This document shows positions 45,284-55,134 of a stretch of 64,000 nt of DNA, one piece after another (position 1 is the stretch's first letter; the number at the start of each line of letters is the position of its first letter). Below the pieces are notes generated by a model that was given only the letters and a program-made list of their open reading frames with translations, did no database searches and had not been told where the DNA came from. A program made the translations under genes and the position numbers. The stretch spans positions 24,417 through 88,416 of the IMG/VR virus record IMGVR_UViG_3300020442_002635, one strand, 5' to 3'. The DNA comes from a virus.

Positions 45284-48200
45284 TTAATCAGTGTCAATCA
45301 AATTATCTGGTGTGTTTGGAATGTCAAGTCTAGGATCATTACTTGTAACATCTGTACCCTGTCTCTGGATTGCAGATGGAGGTGTAGTAACCTCAGCATC
45401 GATGCTCTCCTGAAGAGTATCATAGACTTGAACAAGATCACCAGCAGTCTCATAGAATCCAGCATAACGAATATTGTTTTTGTAAAATACTGCGCCATAA
45501 TATGCACGTCCATCTACATATCCAGTTTGCTTGAGTCCAACTAAGTCAGTGACCTGAATTAGTTTAGCCTCATCAACAACAATGGGATCTCTTACAACTT
45601 CAAATTGTGGTCTAAATGTTGCATTGACACCTGGAGTTACACCATCCGGACCAACCATCCTAATGTCAGGATACCTAGTAAATCCCAATCCAGGCTTGAT
45701 AATGTCTACTTTAGTGATTCTACCAAAAGTATCACAACTATAAGAAAGTTCTGCACCATTACTTGGTTCAATTATAATTTGATCCTCACCACAATTATAA
45801 TTGATACCAGGATCCTCAACTTCAACAGACTTCAATCTCAAAGAAACAGGATAGGTAGATGTTTGAGTTGTATCAACAAGATTTGTAGGAGATTCAAATC
45901 CATTTCCAGGATCATCAACTAAAACATCAACAATTGTCCCTTTACCACTAATCAATCGTGGACAAGGAGGAGGAATTAGTATTGCAGAAATAGCAACAGG
46001 ATTTTCTACCCATGATAAACTTCCATTGGATATTTTAACTTTCTTCAAGATTACCAGTGCAAATCCAACAGGATTACTGGTAAAAATATCTGTAAAGTCA
46101 GGAGTATTTTCCATCCTTACAACAATATCATACTTTCCTTTTGAGATATTTGCTTTCTGAACAATTGGCGTTCCTCTAAAACTCTTAGATTCTGCAACAC
46201 TAACACCATTTACAAATAGTTCAGCTTGATTATCTGCTTGCAAATAAATTTCATACTGTCCACTTTCTGGGAAATCTACACCAGAGAAAGTGTAATCCTT
46301 AACTCCATTAATTTGACTATTTGGTTCGCCAAGTGGAGGAAGATAAGGAGATATACTATGATTGTTCATAAATCTACTCCACCTATCATCCTTATAATGG
46401 AATATTGGAGGACCACTATAAGTTACACCAGAACTACTAGGAGGAACAGTTCCTGCTGATACAGATTCTGATGTTCTATTTGGTGATAATTGTGTTGCAT
46501 TTAATGCAGTGAATTGTGCGTTAACATCAAATCCATTTTTTGCGTTGTCATCAAATTCAATTCTTTGTTGGAATTGGTCTGGGTTTGGACCTGTATCTAC
46601 AATCCTAAATCCAGCTGTGCTACTGTCATGTTCAAACTTAACTCTATATTTGTTACCGGTTTTGAATTTTCCTTTCTTTTTTACATTTCCTTTCTCATCA
46701 TCATCTTTTCTTTTGAAAGATAAATCTCCATCTTCTGTGTCTATAGTAACTTTCTCAAGATATCCACTATCTTTTGCATCATCATCCCAGTTGAACTGAA
46801 ATTCAATTTCAACTTCATCATTTCCACCAGCAAGAAGATAATATTTGCTACCTTCCTCTAAGAACATTCCACCAGGAGGTACTTCATCTTGTGTAGTTGT
46901 AGTTGTTTCAAGAGGTGTTTGGAAATCTTTTGATCTAAAGATTTTTTGATCGACATATGTAAATGTTTCCGAAGAAAAATTAGTCAACTCAAGAGAGATT
47001 GTGTGCATCCCTTTGGTGATGAATACACTTTGGAACTTTGGTATGCCTCTAAAGTTTTTCCACTTAATGTCACCAGAACCTTTTACATCAAATGCAACTC
47101 TTCCATCAACAAATATTTTTGCAATGTTATCTCGCTGAACGGCAAACTTATAGAATCCATCATATGGAATATCTATAGGCCAAGAATTAGTAAATGGAAT
47201 TCCTCCAGCATCTGTATTGGGTAGACTCAAAGGAGGAACAGGAGAGATAGCATATCTGTCAAAAAAATCAGTCCAGTATCCTGGTCTTGGTGCATCGTTA
47301 GAATCACTCCATGAAACTGGCCACCATCTTTCTGCTGCAGTTGGATATCTAGTTGTCCATATGGGATTGTTGGGACATCTACCAGTCTGTTGGGGAATTG
47401 GTTCTTGTGGTATGGGAGGGAGAGGAGCGTCAATGGCAAGAGATACTCCCATTGGATTATCAAGCCATGCTCTCTTTTCTAATTCATATGCATCAGCAAT
47501 AGACGATAAAATTGTCATTGCAATTCCCATTGGATTTGAATCATAATTATTCGCTGCATTTTTTATTGGTCCAGCAGCATCAGATTGCTCAAGCACCGCA
47601 GTGATGTCATATCTGCCTGCTTCCATTGATTTAGCAACAGTCAATTTATCACTATTACCTCCACCAGCTTTCTCTATTACAATTGGTTCTTGGTTGTTTC
47701 CACTAATCGTAACAGTAACAAAGTCATCACACATTAATTCAAATGTGTAAACTGTTTTATCTGGAAAGTTAACACCTCTCCATACAATTTCATATGAACC
47801 TGCAAAACTTTCAGTTCTAGCATCAGGTTGATTGGGATTTACTGGAGTAACTCCAAAAGTATTAAAGAAATTATTATCTCGATATGCACTAGATGGATTA
47901 GTTCTATATAATTGCCTATTTGCTCTACCAATAAAGTCAGTAGTTGTAAAAAGTTCTTTTGATGGTTGAGTCACAAATCTTGCAGACTGTGCTGCTGTTG
48001 CTTCTTTTACAACTCTACCACCAGAAAGATTCTCAGCAGTTAATGCAGTGAATTGTGCATTAACATCAAATCCATTTTTTGCGTTGTCATCAAATTCAAT
48101 TCTTTGCTTCTCCTGATCTGGGTTTGGACCCGTATCTACAATCCTAAATCCAGCTGTGCTACTGTCATGATCAAAGCTAACTTTATATTTTTTACCGTTT

Positions 48201-49585
48201 CGGAATGTTCCTTTCTTTCTTATGTTTCCTTTCTCATCATTAGGTCCTTTTCTTTTAAACGATAGAGGTCCATCTTCTGTATCTATGGTAACTTCAAGAA
48301 GATATCCACTATCTTTTGCATCATCATCCCAGTTGAATTGAAATTCAATTTTTACTAAATCATTTCCACCAATAAGATAATAATATTGACTACCCTCTTG
48401 TAAGAAAATTCCACCAGGTTTTTGATCTTCTGTAACTGCTGCTGTTGCTGCTACAGCATCTGCAACTTTCTCCTTATAAAATCCACCATTTTTTAGATCA
48501 ATTCTAATGATATGAACACCTGCTTTAATAAACTTACTCTTCTTTGCTGGTGCTTCATTATAACTAGCACATGACATCACCTTTTGATTATCAATATAGA
48601 CATCTTTTATAGCACTATCAGCAGTTCCTCTGAACTTATAGATTCCATCATATGGGAAATCTTCTTCCCATTCCATCTGGAATAACTCAGTTGCAAAGTC
48701 AGATCCTGGTGCAGCAGATGGAGGAACAGGAGAAACTGCAAATTTATTCATAAATTTATTCCAAACATTCCCTGCCTGTATTGTAGCCTGAAGATTTCCA
48801 GGTGCTTTTTGATCTTGGAATGCACGATATGGTTTATCAGTAACTTGATGAATAACTGTGGTTACTTTATCTGTAGCAGTAATTCTTAATGGTTGTTCTT
48901 TTCTAGTATTCCACCAAGGTTTCTTTAATGTCTGAAGGAAGTCTTGATACTCATTGATTTCCCTACGAATAGGATTGTCAGAAAAACTAGCATACAATGT
49001 TGGATCCCATTGGCCAACATCCTTTCCACTTGGATCAAATCTTCTTCCAAATCCAGCAGTAGAGGTATCCTTAATAATGTAATCTTCAAAATCTGATTCT
49101 TGATCAAATATTTCTAATTGTTCTGTAACATCACCCAGAACAGATCTTACAACAGCACCTGCACCAATACCACAACCATCTTTAACTTCTGTCAAAGGTG
49201 CATATTGATATCCATGGCCACCATGAATTAAGTCAACAGCAAGAACTGCACCGTCTTCACCAATAATAGGATTTCCTTGAACTCCTACTCCACCTCCGCC
49301 ATAGAAGAATGCCCTTGGAGGTCCACACTCACTATCTAATTGAATACCTTCACATGTGTCATATTGATTTCCACCAAGATCTTCAATTGTCAGAGCATTG
49401 ACTTCGTTGATATTTAAATATCGAATTCTTTCTCTAGTTTTTAATATAAATGTTGCACCGGGATTACTCTTCGCGTAAATATTAGCGTCGTTTTTAGAAA
49501 CTCCGTCAATAAATCCTCTTGTAGTTGAAATGTATCCAACCTTAATATCATCTGGTGTTGGTTGTCCGAAGATATTGAACGACAT
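45284..49585 (-). CDS. Large virion protein with four PA14-like domains and an internal duplication
   Basis: Four (F/I)P..G.Y.F....D(D/N/S)...V.I(D/N) motifs; a ~125-aa segment present twice. Confidence 0.6.
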   Translation of the reverse strand: MSFNIFGQPTPDDIKVGYISTTRGFIDGVSKNDANIYAKSNPGATFILKTRERIRYLNINEVNALTIEDLGGNQYDTCEGIQLDSECGPPRAFFYGGGGVGVQGNPIIGEDGAVLAVDLIHGGHGYQYAPLTEVKDGCGIGAGAVVRSVLGDVTEQLEIFDQESDFEDYIIKDTSTAGFGRRFDPSGKDVGQWDPTLYASFSDNPIRREINEYQDFLQTLKKPWWNTRKEQPLRITATDKVTTVIHQVTDKPYRAFQDQKAPGNLQATIQAGNVWNKFMNKFAVSPVPPSAAPGSDFATELFQMEWEEDFPYDGIYKFRGTADSAIKDVYIDNQKVMSCASYNEAPAKKSKFIKAGVHIIRIDLKNGGFYKEKVADAVAATAAVTEDQKPGGIFLQEGSQYYYLIGGNDLVKIEFQFNWDDDAKDSGYLLEVTIDTEDGPLSFKRKGPNDEKGNIRKKGTFRNGKKYKVSFDHDSSTAGFRIVDTGPNPDQEKQRIEFDDNAKNGFDVNAQFTALTAENLSGGRVVKEATAAQSARFVTQPSKELFTTTDFIGRANRQLYRTNPSSAYRDNNFFNTFGVTPVNPNQPDARTESFAGSYEIVWRGVNFPDKTVYTFELMCDDFVTVTISGNNQEPIVIEKAGGGNSDKLTVAKSMEAGRYDITAVLEQSDAAGPIKNAANNYDSNPMGIAMTILSSIADAYELEKRAWLDNPMGVSLAIDAPLPPIPQEPIPQQTGRCPNNPIWTTRYPTAAERWWPVSWSDSNDAPRPGYWTDFFDRYAISPVPPLSLPNTDAGGIPFTNSWPIDIPYDGFYKFAVQRDNIAKIFVDGRVAFDVKGSGDIKWKNFRGIPKFQSVFITKGMHTISLELTNFSSETFTYVDQKIFRSKDFQTPLETTTTTQDEVPPGGMFLEEGSKYYLLAGGNDEVEIEFQFNWDDDAKDSGYLEKVTIDTEDGDLSFKRKDDDEKGNVKKKGKFKTGNKYRVKFEHDSSTAGFRIVDTGPNPDQFQQRIEFDDNAKNGFDVNAQFTALNATQLSPNRTSESVSAGTVPPSSSGVTYSGPPIFHYKDDRWSRFMNNHSISPYLPPLGEPNSQINGVKDYTFSGVDFPESGQYEIYLQADNQAELFVNGVSVAESKSFRGTPIVQKANISKGKYDIVVRMENTPDFTDIFTSNPVGFALVILKKVKISNGSLSWVENPVAISAILIPPPCPRLISGKGTIVDVLVDDPGNGFESPTNLVDTTQTSTYPVSLRLKSVEVEDPGINYNCGEDQIIIEPSNGAELSYSCDTFGRITKVDIIKPGLGFTRYPDIRMVGPDGVTPGVNATFRPQFEVVRDPIVVDEAKLIQVTDLVGLKQTGYVDGRAYYGAVFYKNNIRYAGFYETAGDLVQVYDTLQESIDAEVTTPPSAIQRQGTDVTSNDPRLDIPNTPDNLIDTD
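46501..46876. repeat. Copy 2 of internal ~375-bp duplication (copy 1 at ~48040..48418)
   Basis: Near-identical DNA encoding FQFNWDDDAKDSGYL...HDSSTAGFRIVDTGPNPDQ..QRIEFDDNAKNGFDVNAQFTAL. Confidence 0.85.
48040..48418. repeat. Copy 1 of internal ~375-bp duplication
   Basis: Matches 46501..46876. Confidence 0.85.
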
Positions 49586-49634
49586 AAGTTTCTATATATG
49601 CTTTTTACCAAGCGTAAAGATATTTAGGCACGAG

Positions 49635-51197
49635 TTAGTAAAGTGTCAAATCAACGTCTTCTTGATTTGAAGGAGGTTCTGCAAAAGGTTTCTCTTCAGA
49701 GGTAGTAACATTACCTGATGAATTAGCAACATTATCTCCAATTGATTTTGTACTAGGAGTTTGAGAGTCTGGTTGTCCTGCTCCTCCGCCACCAAATGTA
49801 TAAAAATCAGAGACTGCTGAAGTAGGATCAAGTTCACATCCAAAGATATTCATTTTTACATTTTGGAACTGTAGTGCTGATGTCATACTTCCACCAATGT
49901 CTCCAATCAATCCATTAATATCACCCAAGGCATTACTGACACCTGCCATTTGACTTTGAATATCATCAATAAATGCATTAACATTATCTAATAAATTGTT
50001 ATTTGCATCGTCAATTTCAGATTTTTTGCTAGCCATAACATCACCAACTAAACTTTCCGCATAGCACATTGGAACATTTGGTTTTGTTGGTTCTCCATCT
50101 GCTTCACCTTTGCTAGCTTGATCTCGAACTTGCTGCTCTATGTCATCAGGTTTGATCGCACCATTCAATAGCGATTCAATCATTCCACATAGATTAGATG
50201 TCATCTTATTGTAAAGACATAAGATTAACTCAGTAGTTTGATCTTTGATATCAGCAAACTGAAATCTCATGCTAGATGGCAATGCTGCAACTGCTTTTGT
50301 CAAAGCAGTATTGAGTAACTTTAAAGCATACTCCATGACTTTGTCAAAGATGATCTTCATATATTTTGCAATTTCACAAGATGCATTGTGAATTACTGAT
50401 TGCAAACTATCTACAGTATTAGAAACTGCATCAATGTAACTTGAAATTGCATTCAAATACTTATCAATTTTTGAAAGCATGTTATCAAGAGCAGTTTGAA
50501 TTGCTTTGATTGCTGAACCAACAACATCATCAGGTTTCATCAAGACAATCTTTTCTTGATATTTTTCATCTCTCTTTACATCTGATGAACTCAGTCTGTG
50601 AGGATTGGCAATGCTCTCCATAGCTGCACCAGGTTGAGATGCAGTTATAGAAGAACCTGAATTAGAGTTTGGTTGAGTAGTTCCTGTTGGTTTTGAAGTT
50701 GTAAGATCCTCATCAGGTACTTTCTCTCTGGCAGCAGGTTCTTTTGGTACTGTTCCTTCAGCATATCCACTGGTAGGTCCAAAGTTGGTATCAGTTTTAC
50801 CAATTGTGGTTTTTAATGATGTCTGATCATTGTTACCAAGTATTCCCATGATAACAGGAACTTGTTGATCCTGTCCATCAAGAAAGAATCCAAAGACAAA
50901 GTTGCCCTGTCTTATGTTAGGAGTTTGTTTTGCATTTGTTTGACCACCACCAGCAGTGATGGGATACATCACCTGAGCCCATGGCAGTTGATCTGATGGA
51001 ATGGTCTCTTCTTCTTTATCGTGAAGACCTATGATGCGAACTTTATATCTTCTTCCCCATCCAGGAACTGTATTGGATCCTTCAAATTTTCCAGCTAAAT
51101 GATTATCTCTCCAGGTGGAATCGTCAGCAACCTGACCAACCCACCATAGAAAGTTGCCACCTAAAAAACCAGGATTGAATAAAGATCCGCCTTCCAT
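49635..51197 (-). CDS. gp5: Baseplate hub protein gp5 (N-terminal OB domain; no lysozyme domain)
   Basis: WWVGQV.D...RYKVRIIGLH...LPWAQVMYP...VFGFFLDG...Q.PVIMG. Confidence 0.85.
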   Translation of the reverse strand: MEGGSLFNPGFLGGNFLWWVGQVADDSTWRDNHLAGKFEGSNTVPGWGRRYKVRIIGLHDKEEETIPSDQLPWAQVMYPITAGGGQTNAKQTPNIRQGNFVFGFFLDGQDQQVPVIMGILGNNDQTSLKTTIGKTDTNFGPTSGYAEGTVPKEPAAREKVPDEDLTTSKPTGTTQPNSNSGSSITASQPGAAMESIANPHRLSSSDVKRDEKYQEKIVLMKPDDVVGSAIKAIQTALDNMLSKIDKYLNAISSYIDAVSNTVDSLQSVIHNASCEIAKYMKIIFDKVMEYALKLLNTALTKAVAALPSSMRFQFADIKDQTTELILCLYNKMTSNLCGMIESLLNGAIKPDDIEQQVRDQASKGEADGEPTKPNVPMCYAESLVGDVMASKKSEIDDANNNLLDNVNAFIDDIQSQMAGVSNALGDINGLIGDIGGSMTSALQFQNVKMNIFGCELDPTSAVSDFYTFGGGGAGQPDSQTPSTKSIGDNVANSSGNVTTSEEKPFAEPPSNQEDVDLTLY

Positions 51198-51203
51198 TAG
51201 TTA

Positions 51204-51440
51204 TCAGTCTTCGTAAATTCTACATTCGTCTGCTTCTGGATTCTCATCGCAGTACATTTCAAACATTGTGGGATCATGATGATCTCCAGCTTCAATATCT
51301 TTCTTGTGCTCTTGAGCATAACGTTCTAGATGCTCTAGTTCATCTGCTGTATGACGACGCATCTGAGGTGAAATCGTTGGGTCATGAAGGATTTCCTTAT
51401 CCTCTTCAATGTGCTGTTCGATTGTTCTTTTTTCTGCCAT
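51204..51440 (-). CDS. cp12: CP12 Calvin-cycle regulator (auxiliary metabolic gene)
   Basis: TIEQHI..D.EIL.DP..SP..RRH...EL..LE.Y...GDHHDP...E.YCDENPEADECRIYED; C-terminal Cys pair only, as in marine picocyanobacterial/phage CP12. Confidence 0.9.
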   Translation of the reverse strand: MAEKRTIEQHIEEDKEILHDPTISPQMRRHTADELEHLERYAQEHKKDIEAGDHHDPTMFEMYCDENPEADECRIYED

Positions 51441-51448
51441 TTTTGTTA

Positions 51449-52804
51449 CTATGAATGGTTACCTGTTCTACCAAAGGAATCTCTCACAAGATTTAATTTA
51501 GTGTACGTCTCTTTTGGTGTTATGTAATGACATAAATCAGCTATAATATATAGTCCACCATTTTGCTTGTTAATCTCATCGTTCTTGGTATCTGTTTGCA
51601 ATTCAGGTGCATCCAAGAATATGACATCACCAGCATGTAATGAGAAATCTCCTGGTATTGTGATGTTCGACTTTTGAGAGTACATCTGATTATACCTCAT
51701 GATCGATTGATTTAGTGTAGATTGAGGCTCAAAGTTTTGTTCTCCTGACTTTTTAATTTGCTCACTATTTTTTCCTTTACCTGATCCGGTAGGTAATGTT
51801 CCTTTATCTAAAAGCATATAAGTTGTTCTGGAAAACTCTTTATTATTTCCAGGTCTATTAAATTCATCGTTTAGTTTTGGCAAATCTTTACCTGCAGTTT
51901 TGTATGAATCTTTCTTTTGATCTGCACTAGGAGTGATGACTTGATAAAAGCAACTAAATGGATCAAACAAAATTGTTCTTGTAGAGAATGCTCCCATCTG
52001 CAATTTCTTTTGCACATCAATTGCATTGTCTTTACTATATTCAAGGGCTTTCATATCATATCCCTCAGGTATATTCTGTCCTCTGCTATCTGGAGACTGG
52101 TTAAAGATTATTGATTTCTTTTTCTCCTGAGATAAAAGTCCATCTATAGATTTGAATTTAAATCCTTCAAATGTTTCAAAGAAAAAATATCCAGAACTAC
52201 TACCTTTCTTCTGATTTTGAGCAGATACTGCATTCTTTGATAACCAGTTCAATGCATAATATGGTTTTCTATTGTTTCCTATGAAATTATAATTGTTTGA
52301 TGTCGTTTCTATATCTAATTTTTTCTCAGTAGCAAGATAATTCTTATCAGTTAATATCCTTTTAATATGCTCAGAAACTTTACCGTCAAACCTATTATTC
52401 AATCTGACCTTTTCATTGAGAATATATTCTTTCGATGCCAATTCAAGTCTAACTGAGGATTTTGTAGTGTCATCAGAAAGAGGTGTTACCTTATTAACAT
52501 AAAAGTGATTCTGTAATTTATCACCAAAGTCTAATGTTACATCATTGTGATCAGTAAATTTTAGAAATACTTTTTCTTCTCCAACGATTGGAAGACCATC
52601 TAAAGCAGTTTTTCCATTAATGGTATTACCTGCATCTACAAAAGTTACTGTTGCACGAACACTATCTTTCATGATGCTTTCATAGTACATCAAGTTAACC
52701 AATCCACCAGTGATGCTGGTAGACTGTCCATCTTTATTTGAAATAACATCAATCCTTTCAACAAAAGATGGATCAGAACCTTTAGATGTCTGCTGATTTG
52801 CCAT
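51449..52804 (-). CDS. Baseplate hub protein (gp27-like)
   Basis: YYESI...GLPIVGEE.V...GYFFFET.EGF.FKSID...IPGD..L.AGD.I...G.Y.I..L.H...T.L.LVRDS. Confidence 0.6.
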   Translation of the reverse strand: MANQQTSKGSDPSFVERIDVISNKDGQSTSITGGLVNLMYYESIMKDSVRATVTFVDAGNTINGKTALDGLPIVGEEKVFLKFTDHNDVTLDFGDKLQNHFYVNKVTPLSDDTTKSSVRLELASKEYILNEKVRLNNRFDGKVSEHIKRILTDKNYLATEKKLDIETTSNNYNFIGNNRKPYYALNWLSKNAVSAQNQKKGSSSGYFFFETFEGFKFKSIDGLLSQEKKKSIIFNQSPDSRGQNIPEGYDMKALEYSKDNAIDVQKKLQMGAFSTRTILFDPFSCFYQVITPSADQKKDSYKTAGKDLPKLNDEFNRPGNNKEFSRTTYMLLDKGTLPTGSGKGKNSEQIKKSGEQNFEPQSTLNQSIMRYNQMYSQKSNITIPGDFSLHAGDVIFLDAPELQTDTKNDEINKQNGGLYIIADLCHYITPKETYTKLNLVRDSFGRTGNHS

Positions 52805-52827
52805 TTAACATTACCTCTTACTACTAT

Positions 52828-55131
52828 TTAACCACCAACGTAAAGACTCTCATTCCATTCATCCTCTCCACCTGATGCCGAAACAGATGCAAGTTGTTTC
52901 TGTGCTGGACTGACAATCTGACTTTGTTTCATTGGAATAGGTACTGGGACAAATTGCTGCATACCACCCTCATAAGATGCATAGTTTCTCAACACACCTA
53001 AAGCACTGTTGTAATCTGCTTTGTTTAGTGCTGATAAGAATCCAGGAACATTATCTTCAAGAGCTCTAGTTGTGTCTGCATCAAGAACAAATTCTGGTCC
53101 TCCAAGGTTTGCAAAGACTCCTTTACCAATTTTACCACCCTTATCTCTTACCTCAATATGCATGTGTGTTGGGTGTGCATGATTTCCAGGACCATCTTTA
53201 CCACTAGCATCTGCGATACCCCAACTATCATGGATAAGAAGTTTATTACCCATATTACCATCATTATAAATTGAATCCAGAACACTACGATATCTTGCCT
53301 TAGAATCTTCTAATGTTCCTCTCCAATCAGTAACATCAATAGCTCTGCCATCATAATGTCCCTGACCACTATGAACAGGACTGACAGTTCCTTCTCCGGG
53401 GGTGTATGCTCCACCAGATGATGTTGGTGTTTTAGTGAAGTCTGGATGTTCTGCTACAGAGAATCCTTTAGAGATAAGATCCTTACCAATATTAACGATA
53501 TCATTGCTCTTCTTAACATCAAAATTACCCATTCTAGAACCACTCTGATTTCCACCAGATCCTAATCCAGAACCTGTGTATCCAGATTCTTGTTGCGATT
53601 CTGGTTTGATATTATATTGATCAAGATCAGGAGCCTGTTTATTGTTAGGTGGGAAGAATGATTTAATCAATAATGGAATCATTCCAAATGGATTATAAAG
53701 TTGCAATAGATTTGGGAACTTATCAATTTGTCCATTCTTTCCTCCTGCATATCCAACTCCCTTAAGGAAATCATAGATACCAACTGCTTTTGCAAATGCA
53801 GTCACACCAGATCGTACACCACCACCATCAAATAAATCTAAAGGATGCTTCTCAAAGAATTCAGGAATGAATCTACTAAATCCATCACCAACAAACTTAC
53901 CTATTGCTTCACCAGCACTAAAGATTCCTTTCAGCGATTGTTGGAGAAGTTCAAATGCTTTCTTGGGATTTTGTTTTACAAGAGCATAATAGAGAAGATC
54001 TCCAACGAATGCACCAACTACCTCACCAAGTAGCGTTCCAATAACTGGAATTGGAATAAATGTGCCAAGTGCTCCACCAATAGCTGCACCACCTGCTTTG
54101 AATAATGCTTGACCTACAGGTTCTCCTGATAACAAGGAGAATATAGCAACCATGATAGGTCCAAGAATAGGAACCCTACCAAAGAATCCTTTGACTGCTG
54201 GCATTGCACCTTTGATAGCAGGAGCAATTACCTTAGCTGCTGGTCCAAATAGTTTTACAACGAATGAACCAACTTTTGTTGCTGCTAGTCTACTACCAGC
54301 GGCAGATAATCCTCTACCAATAGCACCACTGGCAGCAGATAGTCCTTTACCAAATGCTTGCGTTGCACCCTTACCAAAAAGTTTTAAACTTACTCGCTTT
54401 ATTGCTCGCAGTAAACCTCTCTTAAAAATACTTTTGAAAGTTCCTACAAGACCACTAATACCTGCTCTTAACCATCCAAATTTAAGGATGGCAAGTCCAC
54501 CAATAATAGCAGCATTGAGAAATGTATTTAAGTTTTTAGATAAGGTATCAAACTTTTCTAAACCTTCTTCGCCAAATGTATCACCAACCCAGCCTCTAAA
54601 ATTATCATAGAGTTGATAACTCCAATCAATAAAAGTCACTAATCCATTGAAGATTGTTCCACCAACGTTTTCAATGAATTCTGCTATTGCTGCAACACCA
54701 TCAAAAAATGCTTTACCATCTTCGCCTTGGAAAAATTCTAAGAGTTTAATTAAACCATATCCCAATAAAGTATTAAGAATGAAATCTTTTACTCTATCAA
54801 GGAATGATATTTTAGGTAGTTTTAATTTTGATTTTGGTTTATCTTTTTTCTTTTCCTTTTTTTCTAGATCTTCTTCACGTTTAGATCTCTTTTCACGTTC
54901 TTCTTCTTGTTTCTCTTTATCAAGTTTTTTCTTTTCATTGACAACAGATCCCTTTAGAAGTTTATCAACCTCTATCACCTTTGTCTTTATATCTGCGGTA
55001 GTTTTAGGTAAAGATTTTGAATTAGATTGTCCTACGTTTGGTTTTAATGAATCAACAGATATTGATTTTTTTCTTATGGCGAGAGCAGAACCTTTAGATG
55101 AAGGTAATAACTTTGCAGAATTTATAGCCAT
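52828..55131 (-). CDS. Tape-measure/gp29-like tail protein with peptidase M15-like domain
   Basis: Charged coiled coil; hydrophobic Gly/Ala helices; HYDGRAIDV...HMHIE Zn motif; GPEFVLDAD. Confidence 0.55.
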   Translation of the reverse strand: MAINSAKLLPSSKGSALAIRKKSISVDSLKPNVGQSNSKSLPKTTADIKTKVIEVDKLLKGSVVNEKKKLDKEKQEEEREKRSKREEDLEKKEKKKDKPKSKLKLPKISFLDRVKDFILNTLLGYGLIKLLEFFQGEDGKAFFDGVAAIAEFIENVGGTIFNGLVTFIDWSYQLYDNFRGWVGDTFGEEGLEKFDTLSKNLNTFLNAAIIGGLAILKFGWLRAGISGLVGTFKSIFKRGLLRAIKRVSLKLFGKGATQAFGKGLSAASGAIGRGLSAAGSRLAATKVGSFVVKLFGPAAKVIAPAIKGAMPAVKGFFGRVPILGPIMVAIFSLLSGEPVGQALFKAGGAAIGGALGTFIPIPVIGTLLGEVVGAFVGDLLYYALVKQNPKKAFELLQQSLKGIFSAGEAIGKFVGDGFSRFIPEFFEKHPLDLFDGGGVRSGVTAFAKAVGIYDFLKGVGYAGGKNGQIDKFPNLLQLYNPFGMIPLLIKSFFPPNNKQAPDLDQYNIKPESQQESGYTGSGLGSGGNQSGSRMGNFDVKKSNDIVNIGKDLISKGFSVAEHPDFTKTPTSSGGAYTPGEGTVSPVHSGQGHYDGRAIDVTDWRGTLEDSKARYRSVLDSIYNDGNMGNKLLIHDSWGIADASGKDGPGNHAHPTHMHIEVRDKGGKIGKGVFANLGGPEFVLDADTTRALEDNVPGFLSALNKADYNSALGVLRNYASYEGGMQQFVPVPIPMKQSQIVSPAQKQLASVSASGGEDEWNESLYVGG

Positions 55132-55134
55132 CTA

